Source: Acanthaster planci
Lineage: Eukaryota
Direction of reading: 5' to 3'
Length of the DNA stretch: 64,000 nt
Assembly: GCF_001949145.1 (NCBI RefSeq)
Contig: NW_019091361.1
Location: 1,494,374 to 1,558,373, forward strand
The notes beneath the pieces were generated by a model. The model was given only the letters and a program-made list of their open reading frames with translations. It was not told the DNA's origin and searched no databases. Within the stretch, counting starts at the first letter, position 1. The number at the start of each line of letters is the position of its first letter. Shown here one piece after another: positions 12,541 through 22,652 of the stretch. The position numbers and the translations under genes are program-made.

Positions 12541-14175
12541 ATGACAGTGACAATGTCGCTGCCTGAACTGCAGCTGATTTTTGCCGTAGTGGCGATAGTT
12601 TTGACCCCAAAAACAGAAGCCATGTTCACCGTCTTGCCGGCAAACATATCTGCCATCGCCGGGGACACAGTCACCTTCCGATGTACGGCACACAGCACCC
12701 TCGACACCTTGCAGTACTGGTCCAAAGGAAACACACATTTGAGTTTTGGCGGCGATTTGGCGGATAGTCTGGACAACGATACTCGGTCACGGTACTCCCT
12801 GAGCGGAAACCAGAGTGTTGGCGAGTACGATCTCACGATAGCAAATGTCAAGAAAGAGGACGGCGGCCATTACCGGTGTTCGTACATCGGCTTGGCGGGA
12901 GGCAAGTCCTCACCACCAGCCACCATGACAGTGTACGTGCCACCACCTGCCAGGTACCCACTATGTAATGTGCGGGCAGAGTCCAAGTCGTCCAAGGCCG
13001 CGAGCACGCTGTGGCCTGGAGACGGTGCCGAGTTCACCTGCCAGTCTTCGGGCGGCGACCCACCAGCTTTGCTACAGTGGCTGCGGACCAACCGCACCAT
13101 CTTGGAACCGCAGCCGTCGAACATCGTCTACCCCAGGATACTGCTCCCGGAAGACAATGGGGTACGCTTCACTTGCGTAGCGACCAGCCCGGCTCTGCGG
13201 GAGCCAAGGAGATGCTCTGTCATGCCCATGAGGATTCTTCCTGTCGTCCAGGTCAGACCCTTGACTCGAATGATCATACCCGGAGACAACGCAACCTTCC
13301 ACTGCGAGGGTAGTGCTATCCCTCATGTGGCCTCGTATTCGTGGCGCGTCGCTGGCAAGCATATCTCCGAGGGCCAGGCCGGGATTTCCTTTGCTAATCA
13401 GAGGCAACTTTTGACCATCCACGACGTGAAGCAAGCCCACAACCAAATTGAGGTCTCCTGTGAAGCTAGCACTTCTACGGGCATCGCAGAGAGCGCATCG
13501 GTTCAGATGGTCGTCACGCCCATATACGTCCCACCGACTGTCTCAACCGAAGGGATACGTATTGATTTCATCCCTAGCGTCCCCGCCCTTCCAGACGGCC
13601 CAGAAGTCAAAGAGGAAGTCCCCAGCATCCTTAAGAGCGATCTCTTCCTGATCATTCTCACCGTCTTCGGGGCTCTCGTCGTTCTGTTACTTGTCGTGGC
13701 CGTTGTGATGGGATGCTGGGCCCTGAACGCCAAAGGGAAGCGACCGCAGACGCAGAGGAGACCACGAGTCGAGTATCAGGAGTCGACGACAACCGCCCTC
13801 GACATGGAGCCCTTGCCCCTGCCCACCCAGCTGGCATACGAGCCTCCTACCACCGTGTCCTCCGACCCGATGGCGATCCCAACCACGCCAAGTACTGAAG
13901 ATCGAGAGCACGCCCCAGGATACCTCTCTCAGCTGTTGGACAGCACCCGGCTACCCGCCCGGACCGCCTTCGGCGGATCCTTGGACAAACCAGTGGCTTC
14001 TGTCACCCCAACCCCGGGGGTTGCGTCCACGCTACCTCGGACGGGCAAAGTTGACAAGCCGTGCGGCATGACCAAGCCCACCATTAAGGAGTGTCCGGCG
14101 TCCTTCAGCATCCCGGAGGAAAAAGAAAAAGGTTATAAAGTAAGCGACGGAAACGACAAAAATAATGGACATTGA
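12541..14175 (+). CDS. Intronless type I membrane protein with 3 Ig domains (Kirrel/nephrin/CADM/nectin-like), ~544 aa
   Basis: Signal peptide after ATG 12541 (LQLIFAVVAIVLTPKTEA). Ig1: GDTVTFRC..YW..GEYDLTIANVKKEDGGHYRC. Ig2 (C2_2-like): FTCQSSGGDPPALLQW..EDNGVRFTC. Ig3: GDNATFHC..YSW..LLTIHDV..VSCEA. TM: LFLIILTVFGALVVLLLVVAVVMGCWAL, then a basic stop-transfer and Pro/Thr-rich tail. The ORF-track start at 12316 is a non-ATG extension. Confidence 0.88.
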   Translation: MTVTMSLPELQLIFAVVAIVLTPKTEAMFTVLPANISAIAGDTVTFRCTAHSTLDTLQYWSKGNTHLSFGGDLADSLDNDTRSRYSLSGNQSVGEYDLTIANVKKEDGGHYRCSYIGLAGGKSSPPATMTVYVPPPARYPLCNVRAESKSSKAASTLWPGDGAEFTCQSSGGDPPALLQWLRTNRTILEPQPSNIVYPRILLPEDNGVRFTCVATSPALREPRRCSVMPMRILPVVQVRPLTRMIIPGDNATFHCEGSAIPHVASYSWRVAGKHISEGQAGISFANQRQLLTIHDVKQAHNQIEVSCEASTSTGIAESASVQMVVTPIYVPPTVSTEGIRIDFIPSVPALPDGPEVKEEVPSILKSDLFLIILTVFGALVVLLLVVAVVMGCWALNAKGKRPQTQRRPRVEYQESTTTALDMEPLPLPTQLAYEPPTTVSSDPMAIPTTPSTEDREHAPGYLSQLLDSTRLPARTAFGGSLDKPVASVTPTPGVASTLPRTGKVDKPCGMTKPTIKECPASFSIPEEKEKGYKVSDGNDKNNGH

Positions 14176-15761
14176 GACAGTAGCGCAGCTCCTGAAAAAT
14201 GCTCTACTTGGCTGCATTCTCTAGGAACCAGCTCTTTGTGTTGACTTGCAATGTTGACAGTTTCGGGATTGGGCAGAATCGTAATTTTTGCTTTGATCAG
14301 TCGTGAATGTATTTTCGGTTATTCATGCCGCATGTTTCGATGCGACGTTCAACCGTGTCGCACAATCGCTTCATTCATTCTTTGGGGAAAAAAGTTCGTT
14401 CAATATTGAGCTGGCCTTTGTCTCTCAAGCAAGCAGGCTAGACCTGGGCAAAATGACTTCAGCATATGATGACAAAAGTTTTGTCGGAAGCTTATGGTGC
14501 CCATGTAACTTCACACCGAGACCCGTAGACTTTCTTGTAAGAGACAATAACAGTGACTCATTGGCTGTCTCTGTTTCCCCAGCAATTCCACAAAACACTA
14601 GAGACCTGATGAATGTATTCCTACTAGGCAGGAAAATCACCCCTTTTCCGCTAACGATGCGGTGAATCATTGTAGCTCAGCATTTAACAATCACAAAAGA
14701 AGATCACCTGGGACAAAGTCGTATTATACAAAACAAATGTAGACACTGACTCACTGACAACTTTAAGAGCATTCCGCTCGGGTCGCCTGAAGATGTAGCC
14801 AGTTGGTGTTTCCTCAGAGTGCTAGTGTTAGTCAATGCCATTTTTGCTCTAAGACAGTTCACGATTTAAAGTTGCTCCCGTCTTGGTTGTTTTATTTATG
14901 GGTGAGACCCAGTTTTAATTTAAAATGAAATGCACTTTGAATGATAAAAAATTTTCTCAAAATCCAGGCAAAAAAACTCAGTCTTTTTTGTGTAGTTTTT
15001 AAGTAAGCAGCACAGTGCCCAAGCTTTGATGTTCAAATTTCCTGCAGATATATTACCCCCTTTCCCAAAGATGTAAAAAATTTCATTTTGTCACCCTTCG
15101 AATGACTATACTTTATAAATCGATATGGTTATTTTCATTGGGACTGTACCAGACCTATAACAAGTGTTTCACAACGCCCAGCATAACGGATTTATTTCAC
15201 ACAAAACCAATTCATGTAGCTAGCGAACAGTTTCAGGTTGGATAATCATTTTAGAAGACTGGCAGATATGTAGGAGTTTCTTACCCTAAGTGAGACTTCG
15301 CTGTCCCCAATTGCAGGTAGCCTGCATAATTCATGCAAAGGGAATTACGTTTAGCTTCAGATGCTGATAATAATGGGGTTGAAAGCTATGTATATAAAAT
15401 GTGGTATTATTTATACTGAATTTCTGTAAGTGAAGACCGATGTCCCACCAGCCAAACTGTGTCTACTGATTACGAGTGTAAAAGGTCTTTACTGGTGACA
15501 AGATTATGAAAACAACACTAAACTTCAGAACTTCCTACTGCGGAGAGCTTTCAGGAGGAGATTACCCTGGACTTGTTTTCTTTCCTCATCAGAGTAGTTT
15601 TTAATTCAAAATTTCATTCAACAGTGTAAATATTTTGTATGAAAGTATTCCAACTGCATTTGGCCAATTGAGCAGTGTACATATTTGTTGGGGTTGTGCA
15701 ATAAAGACAAATAATAGAATGATAACTACCATGGATGTCTGAGCACTTTGTATCGTGCATG

Positions 15762-16039
15762 TGAGAAATGGGCTTGCGGGTACACCGTGGAATTAATCTC
15801 TCTTGGGCGAGGTGTGGTTCTTAAAAGAACCGGTGAGTCTTAACTCGACGTTTCGGCCAGTGTGCTCTGGCCGTCCTCACACCCTCCTGAGGACAATGGC
15901 CGAAACGTCAAGTTAAGACTCTGAGGACAGCCAGAACACACTGGCCGAAATGTCGAGCTAAGACTCACTGGTTCTTTTAAGAACCACATCTCGTCCAAAA
16001 GAGACGAATTCTATGGTGTACCCACAAACCTATTTCTCA
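15762..16039. mobile_element. Penelope-like element remnant: inverted terminal repeats with degenerate minimal hammerhead-ribozyme cores
   Basis: Arms 15762-15879 and 15922-16039 are imperfect reverse complements. CTGAGGA-c-[stem]-GAAA-(c/t)GTC motifs at 15887-15909 (+), 15921-15954 (+) and 15847-15879 (-). Confidence 0.7.
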
Positions 16040-16980
16040 TGTCTCTTCCACCATGCAAAGCTTCAAAATAATCTTACTTATCATGCATCTGTTTTTAAGT
16101 CCCATCAGAGAACCCACTTAGAGTTTATAAATCAACTCGCGGCTTCAAATCCTGTACAGAGAGCTATTTTTTTGCTATCGGGACATCTAATAATATCGAC
16201 AAGGCGTTGTGACATATAGAAAAGTCTGAGTAGTATTTAGGAGTTATTTCATTTCCCGTACAAGCAAAAATACGGGAAACGCCGATTTATTAATATTTCC
16301 GACGCGTTGCTAATCATAATTAGGTCTACTGTATTGAACCGCCTACTGCTTGACTTCACTAATGAATATTCATCACTGACATTGGCATTGAATGAGCAAC
16401 GCAAAAGAATGAACATAACTTAAACAAGCTTATGAATATGCATGCTTAGAACAAGCGAATCACAAAAAGAAAAGGATACCGAGTTTACTGTGTTCGGTGG
16501 ACTGACATGGGTGGGGTTATTATGAAGGAATATGCATGAGTCACGACACAGATGTCCCATGCACACGTTACTTTAAATAAGAAATCATCTGTTTTTAACT
16601 TTTTGAATGTAATGAGGGTACTCCATACAGGCTGACATCAATGTAATATTTGAAAGTGTTTCAAGCACAAGCGACATGATGTTATTCGGTTGTTTATTAA
16701 GGTCCTCAGTAATGCGTGTTATAGTGTGAATAATGTCGTTGGCGATACGACATTGCTTCTTGGTGAGGAAAATTCGTCATCGTTTTCACGAAGCGGGGGA
16801 CTAGCATGTGGCTTTGGAAGAAAAATGCGTTCGAGATAATTGCAAGAAAAGTTTCTCCTTTTTTGATTTGCAAAACTTTCACAATGACCTCAGTAATGAG
16901 AAAGAACACAAAAGGTAATTAGCCAAAATTAACTAGTAAAGATGCCCATCTCTTCGTGAAAACGAAAATTCACGTTTCCA

Positions 16981-17477
16981 ACTCTCACGTCCCTCTGCTC
17001 AGTGTTTTTTCCCTAGAGAGGGNNNNNNNNNNNNNNNNNNNNNNNNNNNNNNNNNNNNNNNNNNNNNNNNNNNNNNNNNNNNNNNNNNNNNNNNNNNNNN
17101 NNNNNNNNNNNNNNNNNNNNNNNNNNNNNNNNNNNNNNNNNNNNNNNNNNNNNNNNNNNNNNNNNNNNNNNNNNNNNNNNNNNNNNNNNNNNNNNNNNNN
17201 NNNNNNNNNNNNNNNNNNNNNNNNNNNNNNNNNNNNNNNNNNNNNNNNNNNNNNNNNNNNNNNNNNNNNNNNNNNNNNNNNNNNNNNNNNNNNNNNNNNN
17301 NNNNNNNNNNNNNNNNNNNNNNNNNNNNNNNNNNNNNNNNNNNNNNNNNNNNNNNNNNNNNNNNNNNNNNNNNNNNNNNNNNNNNNNNNNNNNNNNNNNN
17401 NNNNNNNNNNNNNNNNNNNNNNNNNNNNNNNNAATTCTCACGTCCCTCTGCTCATTGTTTTTTTCCTAGTGAGAGGG
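16981..17477. repeat. Assembly gap (N 17023-17432) flanked by two copies of the same ~43-bp unit; probably a collapsed tandem repeat
   Basis: AACTCTCACGTCCCTCTGCTCAGTGTTTTTTCCCTAGAGAGGG before the gap; AATTCTCACGTCCCTCTGCTCATTGTTTTTTTCCTAGTGAGAGGG after it. Confidence 0.7.
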
Positions 17478-19297
17478 CACCATGTGTACGCGAACGAAAC
17501 TAAGAATAATAACAAAGACGCTGTCCTTGCGTGAAAACAAAAAACACAGTTGACTCAATTTTCGCCTTTCTGGACAATAATTATGTTTTGTATCGCGAAA
17601 ACGCAAAATGTAGTTGTTGAGATGTCTGCCCTGGCATCATTAATGTAATGTTGACATTAGGCTAATGATGTTTCGCTCACGGCAGCAAGTCAAAAATGTT
17701 ACATTCAATGTTTGAAAGCAAAACAGTGAAAAAAGTTGAAATTAAAAAAATAATTGCCGTTATTGACATGCCCGTCCCTTCGTGAAAACGGTGACGGATT
17801 GTAGTGTGTGTTGGAGATTATACCGAAATAAGTAAATAACTCTTTGTTTTACCTATAGACCATCTTTACGTCCAGACGTGGTGTTGTCCACTCGTTCCGT
17901 ACAATCTCGTGTAAGAGCTGATGGACAATTGGTTACAATTCAAGCGACACCTTACAGGTCTGTTCATTGGCTGATAGCTGTCAGCTGAGGGTGCGCTGAG
18001 GTTAATTGACACCCACTGTAACTGGTCTACAATGCGGATATCTTGAGGTAATCGCCAAATCGCCCTCCCCCGAAGAAATTGAACCAAAATTTGCTTTGCA
18101 AAACCGCAAGTTAATTGACCCCCTTGCAGAGTAAATGGTTTATCAGTTCCGTTACTGATTGGTTGTTTGCCCTCCCCCCAAAAAAGTGTCCCCCCCTCCC
18201 TCGCAAAAATCCTGTTGACACCCATGAATATTGTTATTTGTAAGCCCATTAGCTGATTCAGTGTAGTTCCGTAAAAAAGAAACGACAAAAAAGCAGACAT
18301 TCTTGATGCGAATGAGCGAGAACGCGGAACAACTTAAACCACTCTCGTGACGTCATAATTCAGAGAAGTATATTATTCGTTAAAATGTACAGTGAAATTT
18401 ACATTTTTGAAACGAATGCACACTTGACTCTCTTCCGTCTTAAAACAAAATTGTTTGTTGAATATTGAATTATTACAACGTGAAGCACACTGAAAAAGAA
18501 ACGCTCTTTACAGTTTGGTACACTGTGTTCGACGTTCTACGGGTTCATGTTCGCTCTGAATTTTTCGATCTACCGCGCTAAAATTTTGTTGTTCATTTTT
18601 ATACATACTTCGTCCTTTTTTTTATTTCCTCATTTTTGTCATGTTTACTTAAGTTGTTTACATTTATGTTAATTTTAACGTGCACTTTTTATTATTTGTC
18701 TACAAATTTGATTCAACTAAACCGGACTTCTGAATATGCTCACCTTTGGACAAATCGTAAGTCAAAGATCACTTGACTCCAACCGGCGAGTACCCTCAGA
18801 AAAGTTCATTTCGTGTCTCGAATGACATTAAGATTTTTCTCTCAACAGAGAGAATGGGTCATGGCGTTCGCATTGGCGATGGAGGCACAGATGAACACTG
18901 CCGAATATCACCAAGTTGTTGTTCCTGTGAGCAATGTGGATTGGCTGTTTTAGAGGTTGATTGATAATGATTCATACCATTATTTATTGGACTACATGTA
19001 CGTGTACTTGAGAAACATCTTTCACCAGCCCTTTCCTGGCCATTTCTCACGCTGTGTTCTTGACGGAATTATTCAACGTATAAGTCTGTCCAAATCGTTT
19101 AGTTTCTGCCTCAATCGATAATGTCCACAGTCTTAAACCTCTTTTTAAGCAACAGAAATAAGCACACGCACGACATTACCCTTGGGTAATTTTGGCTGTT
19201 TCTTTAGAGAAAAAAAGAGGAAATTTGATAATAATTATTTGACATTAGTTCGTAGGTCAATGCAACAATAACGATGGTGTGGGCACGATGTTAGACA

Positions 19298-19584
19298 CGT
19301 ATTTCATCATAAGATAAAGAACCTGTCGTCACAGTGAATTCTGTATAGGAGGGAAAGTGCAAGAATTCTCACAAACAGGAAAGACTACTAGTTCATACTT
19401 GTCAGTATACGCCCTGACATCATGCGCGCGAATTTACCAACAAAACACCCCAGATGAAAAACAATCAACTCTAGATCTGTGTACTTTCACAAATACTCAG
19501 CAAATCCCAAACCAGCCGGAACTAGAAGGGCGACGTGTGACTTGGTAATAGTGCAACTTCTTCTTGTTGATGATCATGTTGACC
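19298..19584 (+). repeat. ~285-bp dispersed repeat, copy 1 (direct repeat of 23094-23369)
   Basis: CGTATTT(T)CATCATAAGA..GAACCTGTCGTCACAGTGAATTCTGTATAGGAGGGAAAG..GATGATCATGTTGACC is shared, with few substitutions or indels. Confidence 0.9.
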
Positions 19585-20941
19585 TGGTCTCTTTTCAGTT
19601 TGTTGCCCCGTTTTTAAGAGAAAGTAGAACGTGAATCAGAAAATTAAAGAAAAGCTTCATCCTATTATTACATTTTCCTGATGACTTCTCATCAATTGCT
19701 TAATTCGAGTTATAACCTCCTTTCAAAGTCTTGCGAGAAATTGCCCTCAGGCTGAATTATAGCGAGAGGTCTAGACAGAACTCGCTTCAATGACAAGCCA
19801 ACGTTCACAACAGTGAAGTAACACCAACCTGAGCTGGGCAGAGACAGGAGAAAGAGAATCAAGACGGTCGAAAATGAGCTTGGGTTCCAACTGCAGGGAG
19901 CTCCGTCAAGCGTCACGCGGGGAGGGTGCGCGGGGGGGGGCCTCTGCCCTTACTATCTTCGCCATTGCTCATCGGACGATTCAAACCCTTGCCAAGTCAC
20001 ACTGTAAAAACCTCGAAGCGCTTTGGACCTACAGTTGCAGACGGTTGCGGTCGAGTCAGGCAGCCACCGCGGAAGCGATATGACTGTGGTTATAAAGGTT
20101 TAATAATGAGAGGCAAAGGATGACTAAAGAGTAACTTCTTAAAGGGGCCGCGAACCGGACTTCTGGAGGTCTACTCAGGTTGATATTACTCATGAGGGAA
20201 GGGAGAATCATTGTGGAGCTAGCGGGGCCACCTGCCGAATTCTTCTGCGTTTATCCCGCATAAAGCCCACCGGCTTCACACTGTTAAACTTTTTTATGTT
20301 GTGTACACACGTTCATGTGTGCGTCAGGAACGTATGTGACTAACAGCTTCCATTCGATTTCAGTCGCCTGATGCATGCTGCCCATCACTCCACCCTGAAG
20401 AAATTCAAACAGAAGTCAACATCAGGCCCAAAAACAAGGCGAAAAAAAAAACACTCATTGGAGAGTGATTCTCAAATAGGAGTAAAAAGAACAAATTTTT
20501 TTTCCTGTTTTTTTTTCTAGGATGACGGGAATTTCAGTGAAAAGACACACGATTTCCTCGAGATTTTAACTGTCAGAAGGGTCATGATGGTTGAGCGGCA
20601 CTTTTTATAGACAGCACGGAGTTTGTGTCTATTCAGGGAACTTTCCGGAAAGTTTGGAATAATTCACAGGCACCGATCTGAGCCGCTCGTTCACCGCTTT
20701 AGGCTGATTGCGTCACATCTCAAACACACAGCGCTAGGTATAGTTTCAAGGAAGGGGCTGCGCAGAGGCGATTGCGAGGCTGTTGTGTCTTATCGAATTC
20801 GTCAAGTAAATGTAAAGCATCTACTGACTCAAGATTAAAGCAACAAAATCTTTCTTGTACGGTTCTTGTCCCAAGACGGTCCTAAAGATGAGAGCTACAC
20901 CAATTATGATGGTTGCTACCCAACAATACACCGCTAATGTA

Positions 20942-21093
20942 TACGGGCGCCTCAATTTGCGACGCGTTTGCCAATCACAACGCGCCAAATGTGTCGACCC
21001 TTCCCAAACGCGCATTGGGTCGACATATTTCGCACATCGTGATTTGCTAACGGGTTGCAAACTCTTGGAGGCGCACTATTGTGAATCGGGATA
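20942..21093. mobile_element. Palindromic MITE family A, copy 3 (deletion in left arm)
   Basis: TACGGGCGC..TTTGCGACGCGTTTGCCAATCACAACGCGC..GTTGCAAACTCTTGGAGGCGCACTATTGTGAATCGGGATA. Confidence 0.85.
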
Positions 21094-22652
21094 TTACAAT
21101 GGAGGGGGGGTGTTTCCTTTCTTAGCTTTGTTTTCTCTTTTTTTAAAAAAAATCTCAATCGACACATTGTCCGAGTGTCTAGCACCTTTCCGTTGGACAA
21201 TTTGATTCGTTGAATGATGATGAGCAGTTTGATTAAATTGAAGTTTACTTGATCAGCATCGTGTGCTTTATTCAGATCTCGATTTAGAAGTGAAGAAAAT
21301 AGGTGGAGAACATACATGTCAATTATAACTAATGCTGAGCTTACTTCAGGTTTGGTTCTATCCATCTTTGCTGCTCCTCGTAACTTGAAGTGCTCAGCCC
21401 CCGGCCGCCGCGCCTGTTTTCAACTGATTATTTTGCCGGCTTGTTTTTGTCAGAACTGGTTTCGCCCGGGTTGGGCAATCCCAAGCTGAGGGCGGTTTCC
21501 GGCTCCCCACTGCCATATGCACGGGCCCCGAAGGGTCCCCTACTCCCGCAGCCAGCCCATCTCTTGGCCCCGACATGCTGACGTGCCTGAAATGTCACAT
21601 TTCCCTGGCAAAATATTTGGCCACAAACCAGTCTCCGCTCCGGCTAAAAATACCCCGGCGTGCCGTGCGCACGAGGGAAGGGGCGAATTTAAAGGTATCC
21701 TGTCAGCAGGTTGTCCCTCTCGCTCTGCCTCACAGGCTCTAAAGTCCTGCCCCAATTTCCCAATCTAAATTTACTTGCCCATTTTTCCCGTTTGTACTTT
21801 AAACAACCAAATAATAGCCAGTTAAAAACAGGTACAGTGTCAACATAACAGACAAGAATCCAGTGTTGCTACCGCACTGGATGCGGGTTGAAATGAGGCC
21901 AAGAAGGCAGAATCTTAAATGAAGGAGTTTAAAATCCTGTTTATTTTTTTTAAGATGTTTGCTGTCTCCTTACTTTTTGGGTCAGGGACTGGGAAAAATT
22001 CGCCAAGCCAGGAATGCACTGCAGGGAGGCCGTCTGTGACCACAAAAATGAACTATTCACTATAATTATAAATTGCAAAAAAATTTTTATTTACGTTTCT
22101 GTAATATCGATTACACTTAGCCTTATCGTTTATCATATCTAGCATCACCTGCAATGTTCTTAAGGTCTCAGACAAAATTCAAATATTCATCCAAGAGGAT
22201 GTGGAAGGTCTTCAATAACGCCCTAAAGGCCCCATTGTGAAACACAGCCATAGGAAAAATGGCTACCGCTATTTTATTTTCCTTTACCCATAGACCCTGA
22301 AGTGTCTGAAGAATCTAGCTTTTAAACTTTAAATTGACATTATTAATGGTCTGGTGTCTTAATAAGTTATCAGTGAGGATGCGGTGCAGGATGAAGGTAC
22401 CTTGGTTTTTCAATCCCGCGTGCACAAGTTTGAAATTATACAGATGTTCTGTCCCTCCAAACACATCCCAAGCATGCAATCAATTCCTCTGTAGCAAAGA
22501 ATAAAGCCCAACTTGATTTTCACTGTGATTCTTGGCTGGGTGTGACATCTTGGAGCCACTTGTTAATTAAACCATCTGCCTATGTATGCCTATTGCCAGA
22601 TGTCCGATGGTTGTTGTGGGATGGAGAATCAATTTATAGCTTGACACATCAT

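Noticed and set aside
16956..17534. Long ORFs containing X runs
   Set aside because: They span an N gap; the same applies at 28973-28999.
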